Source of the DNA: Thermoplasmata archaeon | GTDB taxonomy: Archaea > Thermoplasmatota > Thermoplasmata > Lutacidiplasmatales > UBA184 | Assembly (NCBI GenBank): GCA_021812305.1 | Contig: JAKAOB010000001.1 | Coordinates: forward strand, 1 to 51,234 | Direction of reading: 5' to 3' | DNA: 51,234 nt | Part shown: one piece after another, positions 1 to 8,804 of the stretch | How the letters are laid out: each line of letters opens with the position of its first letter | Position numbering within the stretch: position 1 is the stretch's first letter | Position numbers and translations under genes: made by a program | The notes under the pieces: model-generated | Told to the model about the DNA's origin: nothing | The model's input: only the letters and a program-made list of their open reading frames with translations | Database searches by the model: none

Positions 1-1
1 G

Positions 2-235
2 CGCTACGCCGGATCGAAGGAGGAGGCGCAGACCGCGGTCAACAAGTGGTACCCCCGCGCCCTCGACATGTTCGGCCACTCGAACTCGGAGACGAGTCGC
101 CGGGCGATCGAGTGGGGGCTCAAGCGCTGGACCAACGAGGAGGCCCGCGCCCGCTACATCGAGGAGATCGCCCCGATCGTGCGGGCCGCCGGCCTCGAGC
201 TCCCGAGCCCCGAGATCGACCGCCGCATTCTCTGA
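2..235 (+). CDS. 3' end of a PaaA/PaaC-like (phenylacetyl-CoA oxygenase, ferritin-like di-iron) protein; 5'-partial at the window edge
   Basis: The frame is open from the left edge, with stop TGA at 233-235. The translation ...NKWYPRALDMFGHSNSETSRRAIEWGLKRWTNEEARARYIEEIAPIVRAAGLELPSPEIDRRIL resembles the C-terminal part of PaaA-type subunits. Only 77 codons are visible. Confidence 0.5.
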   Translation, partial: RYAGSKEEAQTAVNKWYPRALDMFGHSNSETSRRAIEWGLKRWTNEEARARYIEEIAPIVRAAGLELPSPEIDRRIL

Positions 236-287
236 GCGGGCGCCCCGGCCAAACGGCTTTTCCCCTCCGGGGCCTGCGGTAGCCCGG

Positions 288-722
288 GTGACGTCGAGCC
301 GTCCTTCCCCCGTCGCGATCCCGGTCGCGGACCTCGTCCGCACGGCCCGCTTCTACGACGCGTTCCTCGGCCCGCTCGGATTCCGCCGGCTGGTCCGCGC
401 GGGGCCGTACCTGGGCTACTCGAACGGCCCGATCAGCGTATGGTTCGTGGCGGCCGACCCGGCCCGGTCGGGGGCCGGGGCCGCCGGCGACGAGCGCGAC
501 CACCTCGCCTTCGAGGTCGGCTCGGAGGCGGAGGTCACGGCCTTCGCCCAGGCCCTGCGGGTCGCCGGACTCCCACCCGACCGGGGTCCGGACGAGCACC
601 GTGATCTCCGGCCGGCGGCCGTGAGCAGCCTCTGGCTGGACCCGGACGGGGCGGTCGTCGAGGTGTTCGCCCCCCGGCGATCCCGCGCCCCGGTCGCCGC
701 CGCGCTGCACCGCGGGCGCTAG
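288..722 (+). CDS. VOC (glyoxalase/bleomycin-resistance/dioxygenase) family protein
   Basis: 144-aa ORF with a GTG start. The pattern VAIPVADLVRTARFYDAFLGPLGF ... DHLAFEV ... WLDPDGAVVEVF is typical of the beta-alpha-beta-beta-beta VOC fold. Confidence 0.7.
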   Translation: MTSSRPSPVAIPVADLVRTARFYDAFLGPLGFRRLVRAGPYLGYSNGPISVWFVAADPARSGAGAAGDERDHLAFEVGSEAEVTAFAQALRVAGLPPDRGPDEHRDLRPAAVSSLWLDPDGAVVEVFAPRRSRAPVAAALHRGR

Positions 723-1720
723 ATCCGGCGTCCGCCCGTCCCGGCGTGCAGGAGCAGCGTCCGCTCGATCCCCCGGATCGACCGCAGCCGCGCCCGCACC
801 GCCCGAACGTGGCGCCCGAGGGTGAACACGTGGACGTGGGCCCCGGCGTCGTGGGTGTAGGCGGCGACCGGCCGTCCGGTGTCCGTGTTCAGATCGCGCA
901 CCGCCGTAAGGATCTCCCGGGAGGTCGCGGTGAGGTAGTCGAGCGAGGGGCGGGTGGTCTCGCAGACGAGGCGGAAGCTGTCGCACTCCTCCATGATCAG
1001 GGGAAAGAGGGCGGCGCTGTCGCGGCGGGCGATCGCGCGGTGGATCCCCGCGAGCCGGCCGGGGACCTCCGCGAGCCGGCGGGCGTACTCCGGCGAGGTC
1101 TCGACGGACGCCTGCATCGCCACGGCCGACCGGACCGACTTTTCGGGGGCGGCCGCAACGAGCGCGACCAGGTCGACCAGGTCGGGCCAGTGCCGGGGGG
1201 GGTACAGGGGCCGGGCGTAGCAATCGCGTCCGTCCGCGCGCCGGCCGGCGCGCCACTCCACGAAGCCGCCGAAGATCGACCGGCACGCGCTCCCCGAGCC
1301 GAAACGGGCCAGCTGGGAGAGCCGCTGCGGCGACAGGCGCAGACCGGCGGCGGCGCTCGCCGCGCCGGCGAGGGCCGCGAACCCGCTCGCGCTGCTCGCG
1401 AGCCCGCTCGCCGTCTGAAAGTTGTTGCGGGAGACGACCCGCGCCCGGTCGGTGACGCGGGCCGCGTCCCGGACCCGGTCGAGCATCCCCGCGACCGCGG
1501 CGGTCGCAGCGGGGGCGGCCGGGCGCCCGTTGAGCCGGAACTCGTCGCGGTCGAGTCCCGGAACGAACTCGACCCGCGTCCGGGTGCGCAGGCGTTCCAG
1601 GGTGACGGAGAGCGAGGAGTTGTACGGGAGCGCGCGGGCCGGGTCGCGTACGCCCCAGTACTTCACGAGGGCGATGTTCGGGGAGGTCTCGTAGGTCGCC
1701 GTCCGGGTCCCCCGCTGCAT
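719..1720 (-). CDS. Diphosphomevalonate decarboxylase (MVD) family GHMP enzyme of the mevalonate pathway; exact substrate not resolvable
   Basis: 333 aa. Motifs seen: N-terminal NIALVKYWGVRD, GHMP phosphate-binding loop GLASSASGFAALAGA, and C-terminal AAYTHDAGAHVHVF with the Asp retained. Confidence 0.85.
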   Translation of the reverse strand: MQRGTRTATYETSPNIALVKYWGVRDPARALPYNSSLSVTLERLRTRTRVEFVPGLDRDEFRLNGRPAAPAATAAVAGMLDRVRDAARVTDRARVVSRNNFQTASGLASSASGFAALAGAASAAAGLRLSPQRLSQLARFGSGSACRSIFGGFVEWRAGRRADGRDCYARPLYPPRHWPDLVDLVALVAAAPEKSVRSAVAMQASVETSPEYARRLAEVPGRLAGIHRAIARRDSAALFPLIMEECDSFRLVCETTRPSLDYLTATSREILTAVRDLNTDTGRPVAAYTHDAGAHVHVFTLGRHVRAVRARLRSIRGIERTLLLHAGTGGRRI

Positions 1721-1752
1721 TCCGCGTCCCGCCGGCCGAGCACGGGGGCGAG

Positions 1753-1759
1753 TACTTAT
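1753..1759. promoter_or_regulatory. TATA-like box (TACTTAT) in a 62-bp divergent intergenic region
   Basis: It is the only A/T-rich element between the divergent starts at 1720 (-) and 1783 (+). It lies 24-30 nt upstream of ATG 1783 and 33-39 nt upstream of ATG 1720. Confidence 0.35.
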
Positions 1760-1782
1760 GCCCGCCGACCCCTCGGCCGGTC

Positions 1783-2301
1783 ATGGCGCGCCCCGCGGGC
1801 TCGGATCCGCGTCCGGCCCCCCTGCCGCCGGACTGGCGCCTCGTCTCCCGGATGGAGGGGTTCCACCGGGAGGTCGGGTTCTCGATCGACCCTCGGGGCA
1901 CCGGCCGGGGTCACTGCACCGTGTCGGGGCACGTCGAGCCCCGCCACCTCAACATCAACGGGGTCGTCCACGGCGGGGTGTACGCGACGATCCTCGACAC
2001 CGCGATGGGCGGCGCCGTCGTCTCCCTCCTCGCCGACGGCGAGGTGACCGCGACGACGAGCCTCTACGTCGAGTTCCTGCGGCCGGCGCGCGAAGGCCAG
2101 GAGCTGCGGGCGCGCGGCGAGGTCGTCCGGCGGGGCCGTCACCTGGCGTTCGTCGAAGGGAACCTCTGGGAGGGCGACGGACCGCGGCTCAGCCAGGCGC
2201 ACGGGACCTGGTACATCTGGTCCGCCGAGGACGGGACGTGGTCCGGCCGGCGGACCGTGCCGTCAAAGACGGGCGGCCAGCCCCGCCGCCGCCGCCAGTA
2301 G
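1783..2301 (+). CDS. PaaI-family hotdog-fold acyl-CoA thioesterase
   Basis: The motif NINGVVHGGVYATILDTAMGGAV and a hotdog-like C-terminal half are present. ATG 1783 fits a leaderless start after the TATA-like box, and ATG 1852 is an alternative. The 3' end overlaps the convergent aminopeptidase gene by 39 nt. Confidence 0.8.
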   Translation: MARPAGSDPRPAPLPPDWRLVSRMEGFHREVGFSIDPRGTGRGHCTVSGHVEPRHLNINGVVHGGVYATILDTAMGGAVVSLLADGEVTATTSLYVEFLRPAREGQELRARGEVVRRGRHLAFVEGNLWEGDGPRLSQAHGTWYIWSAEDGTWSGRRTVPSKTGGQPRRRRQ

Positions 2302-4683
2302 GTCGAGCCCTTTCCTCCGGCCACGGTCCCCCTCCGGCACCTCCCGGTGGGCCAGGAACTCCCGCACCGCTTCCTCGCGGCCGAGCCCGACCCAGGGGAG
2401 GGCGTACTCGAGAAGGTAGGAGGCGAACCCGGTCCCCCGGGTCGTCGCCGCGACCTCGTCGAGGTGGTCCCGGAGGAACTCCCACGTCACCGCCCGAGCG
2501 GCGGGGTTCTGGGCCGCCTGGCGGACGATCACCGGGAGGTGGGCGCGGTTGATGGTCCCGGCGAGCGCCTCCGCAAGGGTGGCGGCGACCCGGGCCGGCT
2601 CGGACGAGGCGGCGAGGGCGAGCTCGAGCTCGGAGGCTTCGCCCTCTCCGGGCGTCGCGGCGAGGGCGGATCGCAGCGCGGCGTGGGCCGAAGCGCCCCC
2701 GGTGATCGCGTAGGCCATCTCGACCGCGCCCCGGAGGTCGGCGTCCACCCCGGTCCGGTCGGCGAACCCGGAGGCGAGCTCGCGGGCGTACTCCGGATCG
2801 ACCCAGGCCCGGGCCACCGCGACCCGCTCGCGGAGGATGCCGTCGGTCTCCCCCTCACCGTCCCGGCGGCGCGGGCCGAGGCGATCGGACTGGGCCCGCA
2901 GGAAGGAGCGGGCAAGGGCGCGGACCCTCGGGTGGTCCGGCTTGAGCAGCGAAAGGCCGAGCAGCTGTTCGACCGCGGCGCGCGCGGGAAGGTACGCCCG
3001 GGTGGACGCCGCCGTGTCGACGAACGCCGCGTACCGCTCGAAGCTCGCATCCCCGGAGAAGAGGAACGCGTGGAGGTCCTCCAGGACAATCCACTGGTCC
3101 GCGCCCGGCCGCTCCGTGAAGCCGTGGCGCAGGAGGTCGTATCCCGCGTCATCGTAGAGGACCCGGTAGAAGCCGAGCGCCCCCGGGTTGAGGTGCAGCG
3201 AGCGTACGGGGCCGTCGAGCGCCCATCGCTCCCGCGCCTGCTCGAAGCGTCGGCGCTGAAGCACGCCGTTGACCTCGGCGACGATCGGGATCGGCCAGAC
3301 ATCGGGAGTGTGCCGGCCGTCGTAGCGGAATCGGCGCTGGGCGACCTCGATCCCGTCCGGAAGCAGGCGGACCTCGACCAGCGGGATCCCCGGGCGGTCG
3401 ACCCAGGCCTCGAGGAGTCCCCGGATCGGCTCGCCCGCGGCCCCTTCGAGGGCCGCCCAGAGGTCGCCGCTCGTGGCGTTCGCGTTCCGGAATCGGTGAA
3501 GGTACTCGCGGACGCCGGCCCGGAACACCTCGGGCCCGAGGTATCCCTCCGCCATGCGCAGCACGCTCGCGCCCTTCCCGTAGGTGATCTCGTCGAACAC
3601 CTGGGCGATCTCGTCCGGACGGGTGATCGGGGTCGTGATCGGCCGGGTGCAGCCGAGCGAGTCGGTGAGGAGCGCCATCTCCATCCAGTACGCGAGGAAG
3701 TTCTCGAGGCTCCCCTCGCCCGGCCACAGGTCCTCGACGATGCGCAGCTCCATCCACGTCGCGAAGCTCTCGTTGAGCCAGATGTCGGTCCACCACTGCA
3801 TCGTGACCAGGTTCCCGAACCACTGGTGGGCGATCTCGTGCGCGATCGTGTCGAGCGTGAACCGGCGTTGCCGCGAGCCGGTCGTCGGGCCGACGAGGAG
3901 CCGCATGTCCCGGAAGACGATCGCCCCCCAGTTCTCCATCGCCCCGTAGGCGTACTCCGGCACCGCGATCAGGTCGAGCTTCGGCAACGGGTACGGGAGG
4001 CCGTAGTACCGTTCGAAGGCCGGTAGGAGCTCGGCGGCCCGCTCGAGGGCGTAGGCCCCCTCCGCCGACCGCCCCGCCGGCGCGAGGACCGTGAGGCGGA
4101 CCCGGTCCGCCGCGGTCCGATGGGCCGCCTCGAACCGGCCGACGCCGAGGTAGAAGAGGTAGGTGGCCATCGGCGGGGTCCGGGCGAACCGCACGACCTT
4201 CGTCGCGCCCTCGCGCGTTTCGTCCTCGATCGGGGTGTTGAACACCACATCGAGCTCCTCCGGGACCGTCGCCTCGAACCGGATGGGCGCCTTGCGGTCC
4301 GGGCGGTCGACGCAGGGGAAGATGCGGCGGGCCCCGGTGGGGCCGCACTGGGTGGTGAGGATCGCCCCGGCGCCGAAGCGCGACCGGTAGAGACCCATGA
4401 GGCTCCGCTCGGGGATCGTCCCGCGGAACGACACCTCGACGGTCAACGGCTCGGACCGCGCCCCGGACAGGAGCACCTCCTCCGCGGCCGGCACCGGCTC
4501 GATGGAGAGCGGGTGCCCCCCGCTGGCCGCGGCGATGATCTCGAGCCCCGCGGCGTTCAGGCGCACCGGGCCGTCCACGGCCTCCAGATCGATCGCGACG
4601 CGGCCGGAGAACCGGAGGGCGTCCGGCTCCAGGCGAAGCTCGAGCCGGTACTCGCGCACCTTCGGGAACTCCTGTGCGGCCAC
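2263..4683 (-). CDS. M1-family zinc aminopeptidase (tricorn-interacting factor F2/F3-like)
   Basis: 806 aa with a GTG start. Motifs seen: exopeptidase motif GAMENWG, zinc motif HEIAHQWFGNLVT followed by WLNESFATW (HEXXH-18-E), and a long helical C-terminal domain. Confidence 0.95.
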   Translation of the reverse strand: MAAQEFPKVREYRLELRLEPDALRFSGRVAIDLEAVDGPVRLNAAGLEIIAAASGGHPLSIEPVPAAEEVLLSGARSEPLTVEVSFRGTIPERSLMGLYRSRFGAGAILTTQCGPTGARRIFPCVDRPDRKAPIRFEATVPEELDVVFNTPIEDETREGATKVVRFARTPPMATYLFYLGVGRFEAAHRTAADRVRLTVLAPAGRSAEGAYALERAAELLPAFERYYGLPYPLPKLDLIAVPEYAYGAMENWGAIVFRDMRLLVGPTTGSRQRRFTLDTIAHEIAHQWFGNLVTMQWWTDIWLNESFATWMELRIVEDLWPGEGSLENFLAYWMEMALLTDSLGCTRPITTPITRPDEIAQVFDEITYGKGASVLRMAEGYLGPEVFRAGVREYLHRFRNANATSGDLWAALEGAAGEPIRGLLEAWVDRPGIPLVEVRLLPDGIEVAQRRFRYDGRHTPDVWPIPIVAEVNGVLQRRRFEQARERWALDGPVRSLHLNPGALGFYRVLYDDAGYDLLRHGFTERPGADQWIVLEDLHAFLFSGDASFERYAAFVDTAASTRAYLPARAAVEQLLGLSLLKPDHPRVRALARSFLRAQSDRLGPRRRDGEGETDGILRERVAVARAWVDPEYARELASGFADRTGVDADLRGAVEMAYAITGGASAHAALRSALAATPGEGEASELELALAASSEPARVAATLAEALAGTINRAHLPVIVRQAAQNPAARAVTWEFLRDHLDEVAATTRGTGFASYLLEYALPWVGLGREEAVREFLAHREVPEGDRGRRKGLDLLAAAAGLAARL

Positions 4684-4815
4684 GCGTTCCTTCTCCGCCG
4701 GCGTCGGCCCGGGCGCCGAACCACCGTCCCCAGCAGGGCGTGCGGGATACTCTTTGCCCCCGGCGTCACCCCGCGGCGGATGCCACCGAGCCGAGGGCCG
4801 GCGTCCCGACCAAGG

Positions 4816-4822
4816 TTATATA
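4816..4822 (+). promoter_or_regulatory. TATA box (TTATATA) of the 5S rRNA gene
   Basis: GGTTATATACCGGG is centred about 26 nt upstream of the predicted 5S 5' end at 4845. Confidence 0.5.
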
Positions 4823-4844
4823 CCGGGCGCCGCTCGGAGCGGTC

Positions 4845-4967
4845 GGCTGACGGCCAAAGCGGTGGGGAAACACCCGGTCTCATTCCGAACCCGGCAGTTA
4901 AGCCCACTGGCGTTCCGCGCAGTACTGAAGTGCGCGAGCCTACGGGAGCCGCGGAAAGCTGTCAGCC
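4845..4967 (+). rRNA. rrf: 5S ribosomal RNA, stand-alone gene
   Basis: The terminal helix GGCUGAC...GUCAGCC closes the molecule. The internal sequence ACCCGGUCUCAUUCCGAACCCGGCAGUUAAGCC...CAGUACUG...GGGA matches the conserved archaeal 5S core. Length is about 123 nt. No 16S or 23S gene is present in the window. Confidence 0.9.
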
Positions 4968-5055
4968 TCCGGAGATCTTGAGAGCGGAGCCGCCGCCGGG
5001 CGTCGGGCAAGGGTCCGGGGAGGGGTTAAGCCCCGGTCGCCCGTCGGCCGCCACC

Positions 5056-5967
5056 GTGTGGCTCGGGGCGCACATCGGCATCGCCGACGGGATCGCCCTG
5101 GCCCCGGCCACCGGCCGGTCGATCGGCTGCGACGCGATCCAGATCTTCTCGAAGAGCCCCCAGATGTGGGCCGGCCCGCCGCTCTCGGACGAGGCCGCCG
5201 ACGCGTTCCGGGCCGCGGTGAAGCGGGAGGGGCTGCGGGCGACGGCCGTCCACCACGGCTATCTCATCAACCTCGCCTCGCCGAAACCCCCCATGCTCCG
5301 GAAGTCCCGGACGACGTTCCGCGACGAGATCGAGCGCGCGGAGAAGCTCGGAGCGGACGCGCTCATCTTCCACTGCGGCGCGCACCTCGGGAGCGGGAGC
5401 GGGGCCGGCCTCACGGCCCTCACCGATAGCCTCAACGAGGCGATCGCGGCGACCGCGGGGTACCGGGTCCGCCTGCTGCTCGAGAACTCGGCGGGTCAGG
5501 GGACGACGCTCTGCGCGTCGCTCGAGGAGCTGGCCCAGGTCCTCGGTGCGGTGACCGACCGGGAGCGGGTCGGCGTCACCCTGGACACCTGCCACCTGTT
5601 CGCGGCCGGGATCGACTTCCGGACCGAGGCGACGTACGGGTCGCTTATCGACGCCATCGGGGCTACGATCGGGATCTCGAGCGTCCGCGCGTTCCACCTC
5701 AACGATGCGAAGGCGGCCCTCGGCTCGCATCTCGACCGCCATGCGAACATCGGCGCCGGACAGATTGGGGCGGAGGGGTTCCGGTCGTTCGTGCGGGACC
5801 CGCGCTGGGCGGCCGTGCCGGGCTACCTCGAGACCCCGCTCGACGACCGCGGATACGCCGGCTACGCCGAAGACCTGGCCCGCCTGAACGCCCTGCTGCC
5901 GGGCCCGTCCCCCGCGCCCCGCACCCCGAAAAGCCGGCGCGCCGCGACCCCGGGAGCCAAGCCCTAA
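5056..5967 (+). CDS. nfo: Deoxyribonuclease IV (endonuclease IV, AP endonuclease 2 family)
   Basis: Metal and substrate motifs seen: HHGYLINLASP, LLLENSAGQG, LDTCHLFAAG and FHLNDAK. The tracked ORF (4120..5967) runs through the 5S gene. GTG 5056 is the first plausible start, 20-32 nt after a GTTAAGCC TATA-like element. Confidence 0.9.
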   Translation: MWLGAHIGIADGIALAPATGRSIGCDAIQIFSKSPQMWAGPPLSDEAADAFRAAVKREGLRATAVHHGYLINLASPKPPMLRKSRTTFRDEIERAEKLGADALIFHCGAHLGSGSGAGLTALTDSLNEAIAATAGYRVRLLLENSAGQGTTLCASLEELAQVLGAVTDRERVGVTLDTCHLFAAGIDFRTEATYGSLIDAIGATIGISSVRAFHLNDAKAALGSHLDRHANIGAGQIGAEGFRSFVRDPRWAAVPGYLETPLDDRGYAGYAEDLARLNALLPGPSPAPRTPKSRRAATPGAKP

Positions 5968-5970
5968 ATA
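5965..5970 (+). promoter_or_regulatory. TATA-like box (TAAATA) for the transketolase/transaldolase array
   Basis: CCTAAATAGAC overlaps the nfo stop codon and lies 27-32 nt upstream of ATG 5997. Confidence 0.4.
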
Positions 5971-5996
5971 GACGCCGCCTCCTCGGCGCACCGGCG

Positions 5997-6836
5997 ATGG
6001 AGTCCGCCGTCGGTCGCTCGCGGATCGAGGAGCTGGCCGGGCGGGCGCTCGAGGTCCGGCGCGACGTCATCCGGATGACCTACACGGCGGGCAGCGGCCA
6101 CCCCGGGGGGAGCCTTTCGGTGACGGACCTCGTCACCGCGCTGATGTTCGCGGAGCTGCGCATCGATCCCGCGAACCCGAACTGGCCGGACCGCGACCGG
6201 CTCGTCCTGTCGAAGGGCCACGCCGCCCCGGCGCTCTACTCCGCGATGGCGCTGCGGGGATTCCTCCCGCGGGACGAGCTGCTCAGCCTCCGTCGGATCG
6301 GCAGCCGACTGCAGGGCCACGTCGACCGCAACAAGCTCCCCGGCATTGAGGCCTCCACCGGCTGTCTCGGCCAGGGGGTCGGCATGGCCGTCGGCATGGC
6401 GCTGGACGGGCGCCTCGCCGGCCGGTCCGGCCGGGTCTACACGATCATCGGCGACGGCGAGTGCCAGGCGGGCCTCACCTGGGAGGCGCTGATGGCCGGG
6501 GGCCACTACCGCCTCGACAACCTGGTCGTGATCCTCGACCGCAACCGGTTCGAGACCGACGGGGCGACGGAGGACATCATGGGGATCGAACCGATCACCG
6601 ACAAGTTCCGCGCCTTCCGGTACGAGACCCTCGACATCGACGGCCACGACCTGGGGGCCATCCTGGCCGCCTTCGACCACGCCCGCGCGACCCGGGGCCG
6701 GCCGACCGCGATCGTCGCCCGGACCGTGAAGGGCAAGGGCGTCTCGTTCATGGAGAACCAGTTCGCCTACCACGGCAAGCCGCCGACGAAGACCGAGGCC
6801 GAGCGGGCCCTGATCGAGCTTGGGACGACCCTCTAG
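5997..6836 (+). CDS. tkt: Transketolase, N-terminal (TPP-binding) subunit
   Basis: 279 aa. Motifs seen: GSGHPGGSLS, LSKGHAAPALY and IIGDGECQAGLTWEA. This is a split transketolase architecture. Confidence 0.95.
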   Translation: MESAVGRSRIEELAGRALEVRRDVIRMTYTAGSGHPGGSLSVTDLVTALMFAELRIDPANPNWPDRDRLVLSKGHAAPALYSAMALRGFLPRDELLSLRRIGSRLQGHVDRNKLPGIEASTGCLGQGVGMAVGMALDGRLAGRSGRVYTIIGDGECQAGLTWEALMAGGHYRLDNLVVILDRNRFETDGATEDIMGIEPITDKFRAFRYETLDIDGHDLGAILAAFDHARATRGRPTAIVARTVKGKGVSFMENQFAYHGKPPTKTEAERALIELGTTL

Positions 6837-6843
6837 GAGCAGC

Positions 6844-7794
6844 ATGGCGGCAGCGCGAACGGAGAGCCTGCGGGATGCCTACGGCCAGACCCTCGTCGAG
6901 ATCGGCCGGAGCGACCCCGGGGTCGTCGTGCTCGACGCGGACCTCTCCGGTTCGACGCGGACGGCGCTCTTCGGCAAGCAGTTCCCGGACCGCTTCTTCA
7001 ACGTCGGGGTGATGGAACCGACGATGATGACGATGGCCGCCGGCCTCGCCCTCGGGGGCCGCACGGTCTACGCGAGCACCTTCGCCATCTTCGCCGCGGG
7101 CCAGGCCTACAACGCGGTCCGCCAGTCGATCTGCTACAACCACGCGAACGTGAAGATCGTCGCGACCCACGGCGGGCTGCTCGTCGGCGGGGACGGGGGG
7201 ACGCACCAGATGCTCGAGGACGTGGGACTGATGCGCGGGCTCCCGGGCATGAGCGTGATCGTCCCGGCCGACGGGCCGACGACCCGGGCGGCGACGCGCG
7301 CCGTGGCCGAGTTCGACGGGCCGGCGTACATCCGCCTGACCCGCGAGAACCTTCCGACGGTCACCGACGGGACGTTCGCCCTGGGACGGGCCGGCGAGCT
7401 CCGGGGCGGGAGCGACCTCACCCTCATCGCCGTCGGGGCGCTCGTCGCGCGGGCCCTCGAGGTCGCCGAGGAGCTCCACAAGGTCGGTGTCGAGGCCCGG
7501 GTCCTCGACTTCGCCTCGATCAAGCCGTTCGATGAGAAGGCCCTGTTGCGCGCCGCGCGGGACACCGGTGCGATCCTCACCCTCGAGGAGCACACGGTAC
7601 TGACGGGCCTCGGCGCGCTGGTCGCGTCGACGACGTCCGAGACCTACCCGGTGCCGATCCGTCGGCTCGGCGTCCCCGACGTCTTCGGGGAGAGCGGCGA
7701 ACCGTGGGCGCTCCTGGACCGGTTCGGCCTGTCCAAGGAGCGGGCGCTCGAGGAGGCCTGGGAGCTGCTCCGGATGAGGGGGAAGGTTCAGTAG
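6844..7794 (+). CDS. tkt: Transketolase, C-terminal (pyrimidine-binding) subunit
   Basis: ATG 6844 lies 8 nt after the N-subunit stop. Supporting sequence: [35 protein letters not shown] and the C-terminal transketolase domain. Confidence 0.95.
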   Translation: MAAARTESLRDAYGQTLVEIGRSDPGVVVLDADLSGSTRTALFGKQFPDRFFNVGVMEPTMMTMAAGLALGGRTVYASTFAIFAAGQAYNAVRQSICYNHANVKIVATHGGLLVGGDGGTHQMLEDVGLMRGLPGMSVIVPADGPTTRAATRAVAEFDGPAYIRLTRENLPTVTDGTFALGRAGELRGGSDLTLIAVGALVARALEVAEELHKVGVEARVLDFASIKPFDEKALLRAARDTGAILTLEEHTVLTGLGALVASTTSETYPVPIRRLGVPDVFGESGEPWALLDRFGLSKERALEEAWELLRMRGKVQ

Positions 7795-7828
7795 GGACCG
7801 CGCCGTCGGCCTCCTCCGGATCGGGCAC

Positions 7829-8476
7829 ATGAAGCTCTTCCTCGATACCGCGAGCGTCGCCGAGATCCGGACGATGTGGGAGACCGGCATCCTCGACGGG
7901 GTGACAACCAACCCGAGCCTCGTCGCGAAGGAGGGCCGCCGCTTCGAGGAGGTCCTCCGCGAGATCTGCGACCTCGGCGTGCCGAGCGTCTCGGCCGAGG
8001 TCGTCGCGACGACGGCCGACGCGATGGTGGCCGAGGGCCGCCATCTCCGCGGCCTGCACCCGGCGATCTACGTCAAGGTCCCGATGACGCCCGCCGGCCT
8101 CCGGGCGACGAAGGTCCTCGCCGCGGAGGGGACGCGGGTGAACATGACCCTCGTCTTCTCCGCGACGCAGGCGCTGCTCGCGGCCAAGGTCGGGGCGGCG
8201 TACGTGAGCCCGTTCATCGGCCGCCTCGACGACCAGAGCCAGGTCGGGATGGACCTCATCCGGGACATCGTCCAGATCTACCGCAACTACCGCTTCCCGA
8301 CCCAGGTGCTCGTGGCCAGCGTCCGCCATCCGATCCACGTGCTCGAGGCCGCGAAGGTCGGCGCGGACATCGCGACGATGCCCTTCGGGGTCATGGAGAA
8401 GCTCGCGCAGCACCCGCTCACCGACCTCGGGCTCGCCCGGTTCCTCAAGGACTGGGAGAAGGTCCCGAAGGGCTGA
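7829..8476 (+). CDS. tal: Transaldolase (short TalC / fructose-6-phosphate aldolase type)
   Basis: 215 aa. Motifs seen: [21 protein letters not shown], the Schiff-base lysine context IYVKVPMT, and SPFIGRLDD. Confidence 0.95.
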   Translation: MKLFLDTASVAEIRTMWETGILDGVTTNPSLVAKEGRRFEEVLREICDLGVPSVSAEVVATTADAMVAEGRHLRGLHPAIYVKVPMTPAGLRATKVLAAEGTRVNMTLVFSATQALLAAKVGAAYVSPFIGRLDDQSQVGMDLIRDIVQIYRNYRFPTQVLVASVRHPIHVLEAAKVGADIATMPFGVMEKLAQHPLTDLGLARFLKDWEKVPKG

Positions 8477-8495
8477 GGGCGGCCGATACCGTTTA

Positions 8496-8804
8496 TTGGC
8501 CGGTCCCCTCCCCGCCTTCGTGGGCGACGAGCCGCTCGTCGAAAAGTACCTTCGGCTCACGACCGAGGCGCTCGCCCGGGTCCGGGCCGCTGCGCCGTCC
8601 CGGTCGTTCCTCTTCGGCGCCTCCGAGGACTTCCTTTCGATGGCGCGGGCCTACCTCGCCGACGCCGAGCACTTCCGGGCCACCGGCGACCGCGACCGCG
8701 CGCTCGCGGCGGCGAGCTACGCGCACGGCTGGCTGGATGCGGGGGTCCGGCTCGGGCTGCTGGACGGAGGGAACGACGATGTCCGGTTCACCCCCTACCG
8801 CTGA
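8496..8804 (+). CDS. Small archaeal DUF357-like protein
   Basis: 102-aa ORF with a TTG start; a GTG a few codons downstream is an alternative. The core ARAYLADAEHFRATGDRDRALAAASYAHGWLDAGVRLG matches my recollection of the DUF357 pattern. GC3 is high. Confidence 0.5.
   Translation: MAGPLPAFVGDEPLVEKYLRLTTEALARVRAAAPSRSFLFGASEDFLSMARAYLADAEHFRATGDRDRALAAASYAHGWLDAGVRLGLLDGGNDDVRFTPYR

Noticed and set aside
120-2047. Long ORFs 120..1901 (-, 593 aa) and 746..2047 (+, 433 aa) covering the VOC, MVD and PaaI region
   Set aside because: They are extremely Arg/Pro/Gly-rich with no hydrophobic core. They lie antisense or off-frame to genes with clear family motifs. This is the typical open-frame artefact of roughly 70% GC DNA.
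4120-5055. N-terminal 312 codons of tracked ORF 4120..5967 (would give a 615-aa endonuclease IV)
   Set aside because: This part runs antisense through the aminopeptidase gene and straight through the 5S rRNA gene. Endonuclease IV homology only begins at about 5056.
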